A stretch of DNA of 64,000 nt from an uncultured Candidatus Binatia bacterium (GCA_965215605.1 OZ244070.1:1568001-1632000), one strand, 5' to 3'. Positions 25,909 through 35,642 are shown, counted from the stretch's first letter. The notes: a model not told the origin generated them from the sequence alone. Translations and numbers: made by a program.

Positions 25909-26418
25909 ATGGAACCCGGCGACGAAATCGTGGCCATCGTGGACGAACGCAACCACGTAGTCGGCTCCGCGGCGCGGCGGGAGATGCGGGCGAGACGGCT
26001 GCCCCATCGCGCCACGTATATCCTGGTGTTCAACTCCGCGGGCGAGGTCTATGTACAGAAGCGCACCCGGACCAAGGACGTGTTCCCGGGCTACCGCGAT
26101 CCCGCGGCCGGCGGCGTGGTGCTGGCGGGCGAGAGCTACCTGGAAGGCGCGTTGCGGGAGCTCGAGGAGGAAATGGGCATCCGCGGCGTGCCGCTTGAGA
26201 GCCTGTTCGAGTTCTACCACGCGGACGCCAACAGCCGGGTATGGGGCGCCGCCTTCCGCTGCGTCTACGACGGAGTCCTGACTTTGCAGGAAGAGGAAGT
26301 GGAGAGCGGCGCCTTCATGGCGGTGGGAGAGGTGTTCGAGGCCGCGGCGACGCAGCCGTTCACCCCGGACGGCCTGTACGTGCTGCGGCGCTACGCGAAA
26401 ACGGCGGGCGGCTCGTAG
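25909..26418 (+). CDS. NUDIX hydrolase (YfcD/IPP-isomerase-like)
   Basis: GGVVLAGESYLEGALRELEEEMG Nudix box; HRAT, QKR and FTPD motifs. Confidence 0.88.
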   Translation: MEPGDEIVAIVDERNHVVGSAARREMRARRLPHRATYILVFNSAGEVYVQKRTRTKDVFPGYRDPAAGGVVLAGESYLEGALRELEEEMGIRGVPLESLFEFYHADANSRVWGAAFRCVYDGVLTLQEEEVESGAFMAVGEVFEAAATQPFTPDGLYVLRRYAKTAGGS

Positions 26419-26439
26419 GGGTAGGGTTCAAACCCGCCC
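26415..26439 (+). repeat. Degenerate REP-like palindrome GTAGGGGTAGGGTTCAAACCCGCCC
   Basis: GTAG tetranucleotide followed by an imperfect GGG..GGGTT-CA-AACCC..CCC hairpin; overlaps the NUDIX stop codon. Confidence 0.45.
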
Positions 26440-26454
26440 ATGGCCGGAGGGGGC

Positions 26455-27147
26455 GTGTCCGCACATCCGATCATCCAGATCGCCGGCATCCTGGACGAGG
26501 CCGAGGCGCGAATGCTGGCGGCGAACGGGGTCCACAGGCTGGGCTTCCCGCTGGGCCTGGACGTGCACCGGGAGGACCTTCCGCCAGACGAGGCCGCGGC
26601 CGTCATCCGGACCCTCGCTTTGGGTCCGCGCGCGTGGCTCATCACGTATCTCGACGACCCGGCCGCCATCGCGGCCCTGTGCGGCCGGCTGGGTTGCGCC
26701 GGAGTGCAACTGCACGGCCCCATCGACGACCGCCGGGCGGCCAGGCTCAGGACGCTGCGACCGGACCTGGGGGTGATCAAGAGCCTGGTGGTGCGGGACG
26801 GCAATCTGCCCGAGCTACAGGATCGGGTGTCCGCCCTGGCGCCGCACGTGGACGGCTTCATCACCGACACCTTCGATCCCGCCACCGGAGCGTCCGGGGC
26901 CACCGGCAGGACCCACGACTGGACGATCAGCCGGCGGCTGGTGGAACTCAGCCCTCGACCTGTCATACTGGCCGGAGGGTTGACCCCGGAAAACGTCGTC
27001 GCGGCCATCGAGACGGTAAGGCCCGCCGGGGTCGACACGCATACCGGCGTCGAGGACGAGACCGGCCGCAAAGACGCCGGCCGGGTCCGGGCGTTCGTGG
27101 AAAGGGCGGGCGAGGCGTTCGCCGGCCTTGGCGGCCGGCCCGGCTGA
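26455..27147 (+). CDS. TrpF/PRAI-like (beta/alpha)8 protein with atypical active site (alternative start 26440)
   Basis: VQLHG, GATGRTHDW, ILAGGLTPENV, GVD..TGVE motifs; KICG is replaced by QIAG. Confidence 0.75.
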   Translation: MSAHPIIQIAGILDEAEARMLAANGVHRLGFPLGLDVHREDLPPDEAAAVIRTLALGPRAWLITYLDDPAAIAALCGRLGCAGVQLHGPIDDRRAARLRTLRPDLGVIKSLVVRDGNLPELQDRVSALAPHVDGFITDTFDPATGASGATGRTHDWTISRRLVELSPRPVILAGGLTPENVVAAIETVRPAGVDTHTGVEDETGRKDAGRVRAFVERAGEAFAGLGGRPG

Positions 27148-27220
27148 TGCATCCGGCAGTCGGCCGGGAAACCGCGGGGGCGCGGCTCCGGCCCGCCGGC
27201 GGAGGGAAACGGGAGAGCGA

Positions 27221-28195
27221 ATGGAACTGGGACTGAGCCCGCTGCAGGGCACCGAGAGCTTCGAGGAAACCATCCGGGAATGCGAGCGCGCCGAGGCCGC
27301 GGGCTTCGATTCGGTGTGGCTCGGCGAGCACCACAACAATCCAGTTCTCTACCCGGCCCCGCTGCTGGGGCTGGCCGCCATCGCCGCCCGCACCAGCCGG
27401 GTGTCCCTGGGAACCGGTGTGCTGCTGCTGCCCCTCTACCACCCCATGTGCGTGGCCGAGGAGGGCGCCATGGTGGACATGATCTCGGGCGGCCGGCTGA
27501 TCCTCGGGGTGGGAGCGGGATACGCGCCGGAGGAGTTCGCCGCCTTCGGCCTGTCGGTCAAGCAGCGCGGCAGCCGCCTCGACGAAGGGGCCGCCCTGCT
27601 GCGCCGGCTCTGGACCGAGACCGGCGTCACCCATCACGGCCGCTACTACCACGTGGAAGACGCCACCGTGGGACCGCGGCCGGTGCAGCGGCCGGCGCCG
27701 CCCATCTGGTTCGGCGCCTGGACCGCCCCCGCCATCGAGCGCGCGGCGCGACTGGGCGACGCCTGGCTGGGCGGTCCTTCGGCGGCGCTGTCGGAGCTTT
27801 CGTCGTGCGTGGCGTCGTACCGGGAGAAACGGAAGGAGTTGGGCAAGGACCCCGGAACCATCGCCGCGTTCCGCTACGTGTTCGTCGCCGGCACCACGGC
27901 GGAAGCGCTGGAGTCGGCCGGGGACTCCTTCATCCGGGCCTACGAGAACATGTATTTCCGGTGGCCGCACCCCATCATCAAGCGGCCCGACGGGGAGCTC
28001 ACCATCGAGCGGCTGGCCGAGAACCGCATCATCCTGGGCGACCCCGAAACCTGCATCCGGGAAATCTCGCGCTTCCGGCAGGAGCTCGGGCTGGACCACG
28101 TCATCTGCCGCTTCTCCGTCCCGGGCATCTCCCGCGAGGCCTCCATGGCGGCCCTGGACCTCTTCGCCCGGGAGGTCATGCCGGCCCTCCGGTAG
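27221..28195 (+). CDS. LLM-class (luciferase-like) flavin-dependent oxidoreductase
   Basis: GFDSVWLGEHH, SGGRLILGVGAGY, PRPVQRPAPPIW, RAARLGD motifs. Confidence 0.9.
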   Translation: MELGLSPLQGTESFEETIRECERAEAAGFDSVWLGEHHNNPVLYPAPLLGLAAIAARTSRVSLGTGVLLLPLYHPMCVAEEGAMVDMISGGRLILGVGAGYAPEEFAAFGLSVKQRGSRLDEGAALLRRLWTETGVTHHGRYYHVEDATVGPRPVQRPAPPIWFGAWTAPAIERAARLGDAWLGGPSAALSELSSCVASYREKRKELGKDPGTIAAFRYVFVAGTTAEALESAGDSFIRAYENMYFRWPHPIIKRPDGELTIERLAENRIILGDPETCIREISRFRQELGLDHVICRFSVPGISREASMAALDLFAREVMPALR

Positions 28196-29189
28196 GATCG
28201 GTCCGGACGGACTCGAGCGCGGTATCAAGATCCCGCCACCAGGTGGCCATCACCTCGTTCCGCGCCATGCGCTCCCGGGCCCGGCGCCGCTCGTGGCTCA
28301 CGGCGGTGTAGTCCAGGCCGCCGAGGTGCGCGCCGATGGCCTGCTGGGTCATTCCGCCGTGCCGGTAGAGCAGCTCCATCAACACACCGCGCTGGTCACG
28401 ACAGCGTCCCCGTTTCCGCTGAAGCCGCTCGGGGGCCAGATCGAAGTACCTCGCCGCCTCGGCCGTGATCCGGGCGGGGTCCATCCCTTGCACGGGCGGC
28501 GGCAACGCCGTTTGGCCGGTGGCCCCGGCGACGCCGGCCCACTGTTGGCTGGCCCTCGCCCAGAAGCGGTCATCGCCCAGGATGACCTGCCCTCGCAGTT
28601 GCTTCCACGGACTCGACACGCCCTGCTCCAACCCGTCCTGGACGAACCGGCCGTACCGCCGCCGGGAATGGCCCGTCCGCGACAGCACCTCGTCATAGTG
28701 GACCCACGACTGCCGGCGCCCCACGGAAACGTACCCGCCGAGGCTGCTCCAGGGATACCGCCACAGTTGTCCGACCTGGTCCGGCACGATGCCTCGCCGG
28801 AGGCGGGGCGTCCGCACCGGATTCATGTGCACGTACCGGCTCAACTCCAGCAGCCAGGCGTCGGGCTGGATCAGGATCGCCTTGAAGCGGCCCTGGTAGA
28901 GATGGCCGGTGCGCCGGTGTCGCCGGTTGAAGAACGACGTGTACGCCACGTTGAAATGCCGCATGAACTCCGAGAGGTTGGCCTTCGGAGTCTCCGCCAC
29001 CAAGTGGAAGTGGTTGTTCATCAACACGTAGCAGTGCAGCTTCACCTCGTAGATCTCCAGAGACCGCCGCAGCCTTTCCAGAAAGGCCTCCCGGTCGCCG
29101 TCGTCCCTGAAGATGCTCCTGCGGTCGTTCCCGCGGCAGGTGACGTGGTAGTGCGCATGCGGGTACTCGATCCGTAACGGACGTGCCAT
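28176..29189 (-). mobile_element. REP-associated-type HUH tyrosine transposase (Y1_Tnp) with C-terminal DnaA-like HTH
   Basis: MARPLR...YHVTCRGN, NHFHL (HUH), GHLYQGRF, RYVHMNPV, YPWSS motifs; C-terminal TQQAIGAHLGGLDYTAV. Confidence 0.88.
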
Positions 29190-29281
29190 GTTCCACCCCA
29201 AAAGGCATAGTTCAAGGTCTGACCCTAGAGCTATCTCCGCAGAGACGCCGTGTCAAGGGAAACAGGTGCATCGAACCCGCC

Positions 29282-29381
29282 CGTCACCCCGGACTTGATC
29301 CGCGGTCCAGGGGATGCCGCTGGGCGGGCGGTTTGTCCTCGCCCCCCCACGCCTGGATTCCGGGTCAAGCTTGGAATGACG
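29282..29381. repeat. 100-bp palindromic element with imperfect 30-bp inverted ends
   Basis: CGTCACCCCGGACTTGATCCGCGGTCCAGG ... CCTGGATTCCGGGTCAAGCTTGGAATGACG; 21/30 identity, mismatches nearly all transitions. Confidence 0.7.
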
Positions 29382-29477
29382 ATTCTTCCGACTCAGGCGT
29401 TGACGGGTGTTGAGTTTTCACGGAGTTGGCGGCGAGACGGCGCGCGGCCGCGAGCGGGACCGCGGTCCGAAGGGCCT

Positions 29478-30506
29478 TCAGCCGGCGAGCCGCTCGATGA
29501 CGGCGTCCGCGAAGGCTTCGGTGCCGAGGCTGCCGCCCAGGTCCCGGGTCTTGCAGTCATCTTCGAGGGCCCGGTCGTACGCGCCCTTGATCCGTTCCGC
29601 CGTCTGACGGCAGCTCTCGTCCTCGCGCGTATCCGCCAGGTGGTTCAGCATCATCACCGCGGACATCAGCATGGCCAAGGGATTGGCCGTGCCGGTGCCG
29701 GCGATGTCCGGCGCGGAGCCGTGCACCGCTTCGAAAACCGCCCGGTCCTCGCCGAAGTTGGCCCCCGGCACCACCCCGAGGCCGCCCACGAGCCCGGCGC
29801 ACAGGTCGCTGATAACGTCGCCGTAGAGGTTCTCCAGCAGCAGCACGTCGAAGCGGCCGGGGTCCTGCACCAGCTTCATGCAGCCGGCGTCGATGATGTT
29901 CTCCTCGTACTCGATGTTCGGGTACTCGTGCTGGTGGATGCGGCGGGCGCACTGCAGGAACAGTCCGTCGGTCACCTTCATGATGTTGGCCTTGTGAAAG
30001 ACGGTGATCTTGCGGCGCTGCCGCCGGGTGGCGAACCGGAAGGCCCAGTGGGCGATGCGCAGGCTGGCGCTCTTGGTGGCCACCTTCATGCTCATCACGA
30101 CGTCGTCGGTGACCTGGTTCTCCACGCCGCTGTAGAGCCCCTCGGTGTTCTCCCGGACGATGATGAGGTCCACGTCCTGGAAGCGGGTGGGCGCCCCGGC
30201 CAGAGAGCGCACCGGACGCACGGCGGCGTAGAGGTTGAGACGCTGGCGCAACTGGACGTTGACGGAGGTAAAACCCTCGCCGACGGGAGTGGTGCACGGT
30301 CCCTTGAGGGCCAGCCCGTGGTGCGCGATGGCTTCCGTGGTGGATTCGGGCAGCACGTCGGGGCCGTCTTCGAGAGCGGCGACGCCGGCCTTGCGTTCGA
30401 CCCATTCAATGGGCGCTCCCGCGGCTTCGAGGATACGGCGCACGGCCGCGGTGATTTCGGGGCCGATACCGTCTCCGGGGATGAGTACTGCGGAATGTGT
30501 CTTCAT
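29478..30506 (-). CDS. Isocitrate/isopropylmalate dehydrogenase family, NAD-dependent IDH-like
   Basis: IPGDGIGPEI, RENTEG, HKANI, NLYGD, EAVHGSAPDIAG motifs; true start MKTHSAV. Confidence 0.9.
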   Translation of the reverse strand: MKTHSAVLIPGDGIGPEITAAVRRILEAAGAPIEWVERKAGVAALEDGPDVLPESTTEAIAHHGLALKGPCTTPVGEGFTSVNVQLRQRLNLYAAVRPVRSLAGAPTRFQDVDLIIVRENTEGLYSGVENQVTDDVVMSMKVATKSASLRIAHWAFRFATRRQRRKITVFHKANIMKVTDGLFLQCARRIHQHEYPNIEYEENIIDAGCMKLVQDPGRFDVLLLENLYGDVISDLCAGLVGGLGVVPGANFGEDRAVFEAVHGSAPDIAGTGTANPLAMLMSAVMMLNHLADTREDESCRQTAERIKGAYDRALEDDCKTRDLGGSLGTEAFADAVIERLAG

Positions 30507-30692
30507 AGGCGTTGGATTGGTCGTGGTCCGCCGGCCAAGGCGCCCGGACGGACAGCTTTCAATATAGCCGATAGAAACGGGTTCGTGGACTCTCCGCGAT
30601 GTTGGTGGATGTCGCTCCGCGCACCGCCGAGGGCATTTCCTGGAGAACTTTGCATTTTTGGCCCCTTTCTGCGACCATCGGGGCTGCGAGCG

Positions 30693-31580
30693 ATGCCGAT
30701 GTTCGAGGGATTTGCGACACACGATATCCGCTGCGAGAATGCTACCATCCATTGCCGCGTCGGCGGTCAAGGCGAACCACTCCTGCTGTTGCACGGATTC
30801 CCGCAAACTCATGTCCAGTGGCACCGGCTGGCTCCCCTGCTGATGGATGCGTTTACACTGGTCATCCCCGATCTCCGCGGTTACGGAGCCAGCCGGGGAC
30901 CCGCGGCCGATCCCCGGCATGTCAACTACTCCAAGCGCGAGATGGCCAAGGACATGGTTCACGTCATGTCGGAGGCTGGACATGAAAGGTTCGGCGTGGT
31001 CTCCCATGACCGCGGCGCCAGGGTCGGCTACCGGCTGGCGCTCGATAGTCCCGAACGGGTCAGCCACTTCGTGAGCCTGGACACCGTCCCGACGCTGGAC
31101 AGCTGGGAGGCCACGGACATGGACGTTTCCATCAGGCGGTTCCATTGGTCTTTTCTGGCTCAACCCCCGCCCTTGCCGGAACGAATGATGGGCGCGGACC
31201 CGGACTTCTTCCTCCTGCATCTGCTGGACCGGTGGGCCGGACGGCCGGGAGTACTGGACCCGGCCGCGGTGGAAGCGTACAAGGCGGCGTTTCGAAAACC
31301 GAGCGTGCTGCAAGCGATGGCGGAGGACTACCGGGCCGGTGCAACGATCGACTTCGAGAATGACCGGCAAGACCGCCATGCGGGAAAGAAGCTCCGATGC
31401 CCGGTCCTGGTCCTGCGGGGGTCGCCGCGCAGGCCCAAACCGCTTCGCCCGATATGGGAAAGATGGGCCGACGACGTGTCCGAGGGCACCGTGGAGTGCG
31501 GCCACTTCATTGCCGAAGAAGCGCCGGAAGCCTGCGCGGAAGCCATTCGCCGCTTCTTGTCGGCCAGATATCCGGGGTGA
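30693..31580 (+). CDS. Haloacetate/fluoroacetate dehalogenase-type alpha/beta hydrolase
   Basis: HGFPQ, DLRGYG, YSKR, HDRGAR nucleophile motif, HW, EDYRA, GHF motifs. Confidence 0.85.
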   Translation: MPMFEGFATHDIRCENATIHCRVGGQGEPLLLLHGFPQTHVQWHRLAPLLMDAFTLVIPDLRGYGASRGPAADPRHVNYSKREMAKDMVHVMSEAGHERFGVVSHDRGARVGYRLALDSPERVSHFVSLDTVPTLDSWEATDMDVSIRRFHWSFLAQPPPLPERMMGADPDFFLLHLLDRWAGRPGVLDPAAVEAYKAAFRKPSVLQAMAEDYRAGATIDFENDRQDRHAGKKLRCPVLVLRGSPRRPKPLRPIWERWADDVSEGTVECGHFIAEEAPEACAEAIRRFLSARYPG

Positions 31581-31585
31581 GAGCG

Positions 31586-32437
31586 ATGAGCGCACAGATA
31601 GAGATCCGGCGCGACGTTCGGTACGGGGGAGGCCCCGACGGCAGGCTTTGCAACGACGTGTACCTGCCCGCCGGCCCGGGGCCGCACCCGGCGCTGTTGT
31701 GCTTTCACGGCGGCGCCTGGGCCCGCGGAAGCCACCGCCAGTACCAGGAGTGGGGGCCGTGGCTGGCCGCACGCGGATACGCGCTGGTGGCGGTGGACTA
31801 CCGGCTGTCGAAGGACGTCTCGCCCTCGTGGCCCGGCGTGCACGAGGACATCCGGTTGGCGCTGCGCTGGCTGCTGGAGGAGGCGGCCGCGCTACGCGTC
31901 GACCCGGCGCGGCTGGGGCTCGTGGGGGACTCCGCGGGCGGACACATGGCGGCGCTGCTGGCCCTGGAGGACTGGGTCCGGCCGCACCTGCGCGCGGTGG
32001 TGGGGGTCTACGGCATCTACGATCTCCTCGACTGGTGGGAAGTGACCCAGGCGCGGCAGGACGACCCCGTGGGCGCGCTGATGGGCAGGACGCCGGCAGA
32101 GGCGCCGGAGGACTACCGCCGGTTCTCGCCGCTGCAGGCAGTCGAGGCCGGGGGCGTGCCGCCGGGGGTCCCGTACCTCATCATCCACGGCGAGCAGGAC
32201 CCCATCGTCCACCACAACCAGTCCGAGCGTTTCATCGCCGCGCTCCGGGCGGCCGGCGCCAAGGTGGAAACCCTCTTCGTCCCCAACGCCGGCCACTCGT
32301 GGTTCACCTACCTTCCCAACGAGCCCGACCGCCGCCGCGTGGATCAGGAGCCCAACGTCACGGTGGCGCCGGTGCTGCTCGATTTCCTCGAGCGCAACCT
32401 CTTGACCCGAGACAGGCTTTCAAAAGCGGCTACGTGA
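31586..32437 (+). CDS. HSL-family alpha/beta hydrolase (esterase)
   Basis: HGGAW oxyanion motif, GDSAGG, HGEQD...GH catalytic triad. Confidence 0.85.
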   Translation: MSAQIEIRRDVRYGGGPDGRLCNDVYLPAGPGPHPALLCFHGGAWARGSHRQYQEWGPWLAARGYALVAVDYRLSKDVSPSWPGVHEDIRLALRWLLEEAAALRVDPARLGLVGDSAGGHMAALLALEDWVRPHLRAVVGVYGIYDLLDWWEVTQARQDDPVGALMGRTPAEAPEDYRRFSPLQAVEAGGVPPGVPYLIIHGEQDPIVHHNQSERFIAALRAAGAKVETLFVPNAGHSWFTYLPNEPDRRRVDQEPNVTVAPVLLDFLERNLLTRDRLSKAAT

Positions 32438-32514
32438 AGCACGCCCTGCCCGTCATCCGGCACGCCGTGCAAGTAGCTCCAGGAAGTGTCCGAGCGGCGC
32501 TGTGGCTGGCGATT

Positions 32515-34689
32515 TCAGGGGTTCTCTACGATCTCGAGGGCGGCGTCATCGAGGCCCAGCGATTCGAGCACGGGACCGAAGTACCCGGCGAAGGTGCCCG
32601 TCACGGAACCTTCGACGATCAGACGCTGGTCGTCACCGCAACGGATAACGAGGGAATCCGCCAAGGGGCGCGACAAACGGTGGAAACGGACCTCGTGTTT
32701 CAGGTAGGTGCTCGGCTCGCCGTCGTCTAGTGAAAGATCCATCCTCGGAACCTCCCCAACAACGACGCGGTCAGCGAACAGGAGCACCCAGCGCGCCCGC
32801 GCGTTGCCGGACGACGCCTCGAACACCGCGACGGCCCGGGTCCGAACGTCCGACGTGACGACGCGGCCAGCCGGCGCAGGAAGTGCTCGTTCGCCGATCT
32901 GCCGCAGGATAGCTGGCGCCGATCCTGGCGGGACAGTCGACAGCGTCCCGCACTTCAGGCGATCACGCAGCCGCGACTCCACCGCCTTGAGGTACTGCGC
33001 CCAGAGCGCGGCGACCTGCTTGCGCTCCGGGAGCAACACCGAAGCATTGAACAGCACCATATGGTCGTGTTCGACCGGCCAGTCCGCCGCAGCCTTCGTC
33101 GCCAGTAGATCGACGAAGGAGGCGATCAGTGGTTCGGCCAGGGGGTCTCCGACCAGATCGCGCGGGGGCTCGATCAAGTCTTGCTCACTCTCCGCGACGC
33201 GGTCGGATTCGAGGCCGCCATCGTCGAGGGCCACGGGCATCGCCTTCTCCAGCAGCACGCGGTTCACGCCGGCATCGCCGATACGCTTGCGCGCCGCCAC
33301 GGCGAACGCGCTGCCTTCGATCACCTGCTGCGCTTCTCCGATGTCGAGTCCACACCAATGGCGGGCAAGCATCGCGAGCAGAATGAATCCCTCCCCGATG
33401 CGTATCTCCTCGCGGCTGCCGCTGCCGATCAGATCAACCTGCAGACCGATAGACAGTTCCTTCTCCATTTCCTCTATCGCGTCGCTGGCCTTCGGCTCGT
33501 TCAATCCGCGCATGTCCCGCAGGGTCGCGCCGAGAGACTCGGCAATCGCCTGGCGTCGTGCGGGGGGCAGGGAGGTGAAGTCGACTGGCGGCGTCAGCGT
33601 GGAGTCCGGTTCACCATCGTCCGCAAGCGCGCGCAGCAGCGTCAACTTGGCGAACTCGTCCGGAATCTGGGCGCGCAGAATGCGGTCCAGCAGGACCTTG
33701 CGGTTGTGGTCGACGCCCGGAACCAGCTTGTGAATGCGAAGCGCCTCGACCAACCCCAGCCAGTCAGCGCTCCGATACGTGTGGCCCGGATCGTATGTGC
33801 GCGCCACCTGCAAATAGACCAGCGCTACGGAACCTTCCAGCAGTTCCTTCAGCCAGCCCTCGGCGTACGTCTTGATCACCTGTTTGCCGACCCGCGTCAA
33901 TGCCTCCCCGGCGAGAGTCGACGCTACCAGCGTGACCGGGTTCACACCGAGGGCAATGCGGCCGGCCAGCACCGCACCGCGCAGGTAATGCTGCCAAGGC
34001 GTGTACATCCGATAGAGGCGGCGAGCCTTCTGGACCCGTTCGAGCCACACCACGACTTCCCGAACCGTCCAACCGGTGACGTTGACGACCGGCACCTGCC
34101 GCGCCGCTTGCAGGAGCTCGCCGATGGCGGACCGGGCGGCGAGCGCGATGTCACCGATACGCGCATCCATCTCGGCCCTCTCGGCATCCTTCCCGTACAG
34201 GCGGGCGACTTCCTCCACGACATCGCGGACCTCGTCGAAAACGGCGCGGCCGTCGAGGCCCGCGATCTCCCCGTTTTCTTGCTTCACGTAGCGCCGGTCG
34301 CGGATGCCGTCCCAGACACGGTCGCAGCGGGCCTGGATCATCTTGCCGATCCGTTCGTCCAGTTCCGACGGCGGCCCGTCCGCTTCGGGGCCGTGCGACC
34401 GCTGGAGCGCGCTCCAGGCCAGCTCCGCCGGCGACACGCCCTCGGCCACCCAGCGTTCCTCGACCTCTTTCAAATCCTGCTCGCGCAGTTCGTTGATGTG
34501 CTGCTCCACCTCCGCGACGAGCCGTCGGTCCGCGGCAGCGGACCGCGCGAGACCCGCCGCGAAACCCAGCGCACCGATGCCGAGCAGGGTGACCGCTATC
34601 CCAACTTCTACCGAGAGCAGGATGAAGAGCGAAGCTCCGGAGATCAGGCTTCCGCATCCTGCGAGGAGCCAGCCGACGGACGCGTTCAT
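32515..34689 (-). CDS. Hypothetical 724-aa protein with N-terminal TM hairpin
   Basis: Long ORF with natural-looking composition from MNASVGW; two hydrophobic helices, then a helical body and a beta-rich C-terminus. Confidence 0.7.
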   Translation of the reverse strand: MNASVGWLLAGCGSLISGASLFILLSVEVGIAVTLLGIGALGFAAGLARSAAADRRLVAEVEQHINELREQDLKEVEERWVAEGVSPAELAWSALQRSHGPEADGPPSELDERIGKMIQARCDRVWDGIRDRRYVKQENGEIAGLDGRAVFDEVRDVVEEVARLYGKDAERAEMDARIGDIALAARSAIGELLQAARQVPVVNVTGWTVREVVVWLERVQKARRLYRMYTPWQHYLRGAVLAGRIALGVNPVTLVASTLAGEALTRVGKQVIKTYAEGWLKELLEGSVALVYLQVARTYDPGHTYRSADWLGLVEALRIHKLVPGVDHNRKVLLDRILRAQIPDEFAKLTLLRALADDGEPDSTLTPPVDFTSLPPARRQAIAESLGATLRDMRGLNEPKASDAIEEMEKELSIGLQVDLIGSGSREEIRIGEGFILLAMLARHWCGLDIGEAQQVIEGSAFAVAARKRIGDAGVNRVLLEKAMPVALDDGGLESDRVAESEQDLIEPPRDLVGDPLAEPLIASFVDLLATKAAADWPVEHDHMVLFNASVLLPERKQVAALWAQYLKAVESRLRDRLKCGTLSTVPPGSAPAILRQIGERALPAPAGRVVTSDVRTRAVAVFEASSGNARARWVLLFADRVVVGEVPRMDLSLDDGEPSTYLKHEVRFHRLSRPLADSLVIRCGDDQRLIVEGSVTGTFAGYFGPVLESLGLDDAALEIVENP

Positions 34690-34715
34690 TCGGAGCAATC
34701 GCGTGACGTCATCCT

Positions 34716-35642
34716 TCAGGGAGTGGTCCGCGAGTACTGGGAAGCGCGGCGCTGCCGGAGAAACTCTCCGGCCTCGATGGGCGGGAACTGCCGGGGACGG
34801 TGGTCGCCGCAACAGGAATCCATGCACCGGACCGTGATCTGGCTGTTGGGGTTGTAGAAGAAGACCGTGGAGTACCGCGACTGCTTGACTTCCGGGCCGG
34901 GTAAGGCCACGCGGTGCTTCGGCGACCGGTAGATGCCGTTGGTCCAGCGCGACAGCAGGTCCGCGACGTTGACCGTGACGGTGCCGGGTACCACCGGCAC
35001 CGTCAGCCAGCGGCCGTCCACAAAGGCCTCCAGTCCTTCCACCCCATCCTGAAAGACGAGGGTTACGGTGCCGTAGTCGGTGTGGCTCCCGGCCCGCAAC
35101 TGGCCGGCTCCGGGTTGATGCTCCACCGGCGGGTAGTGGAAGAAACGCGCCGTGCTGGCATGGGGCGCGTGCTTGTCCACGAAGAAATCCTCGGGCGCGT
35201 CCAGGGAGAGCGCCATGGCCTGGAGCAGCGCCGCGCACGCCCGCGCGCCGGCGTCGTGGAGGTCCAGGACCGTTTCGCGGAAACCGGGCACGGGGATGTG
35301 CCAGCGGTCCAGCAGCCCGAGGCTGGCCTGGTTCAGGCTGAAGGATTCCTTGAGGTCCCCCGGCTGTTGGGTGTCGAGGTGCTCGACGGCGACGCCGACG
35401 TAACCCGAGATCACGTCCAGGTCGGACCTGCCGATGGCTTCCTTGATCTCGCCGGGAAGGGCAAAGAATTCCCTGGCCCTGGCCGACACCCGTTCGAGCA
35501 ACCCTTCGGGCAACGGCAGGTTGGCGACGTTGAGGAAGCCGAACTCGGTGCACGCCGCGCGGACCTCCGCGGCCACGCGGCGGCGCGCAGCCGGAGCGCC
35601 ATTCATGAACGGTTCGAAGTCGATTTCGGGTATGATCGGCAC
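34716..35642 (-). CDS. Isopenicillin N synthase-like 2OG-Fe(II) oxygenase
   Basis: HTDYG...H facial triad (SHTD, KHRV), RYS motif, N-terminal DIOX_N (AC.EFGF). Confidence 0.9.
   Translation of the reverse strand: MPIIPEIDFEPFMNGAPAARRRVAAEVRAACTEFGFLNVANLPLPEGLLERVSARAREFFALPGEIKEAIGRSDLDVISGYVGVAVEHLDTQQPGDLKESFSLNQASLGLLDRWHIPVPGFRETVLDLHDAGARACAALLQAMALSLDAPEDFFVDKHAPHASTARFFHYPPVEHQPGAGQLRAGSHTDYGTVTLVFQDGVEGLEAFVDGRWLTVPVVPGTVTVNVADLLSRWTNGIYRSPKHRVALPGPEVKQSRYSTVFFYNPNSQITVRCMDSCCGDHRPRQFPPIEAGEFLRQRRASQYSRTTP

Noticed and set aside
29250-31772. Apparent 776-aa and 764-aa overlapping fusion ORFs
   Set aside because: Each is a real gene (dehalogenase from 30693 on +, IDH from 30506 on -) extended by the antisense frame of the other.
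34690-35553. N-terminal 288 aa of the 1012-aa ORF
   Set aside because: An alternate frame over the 2OG oxygenase, Arg/Pro/Gly-rich; the real start is probably 34689.
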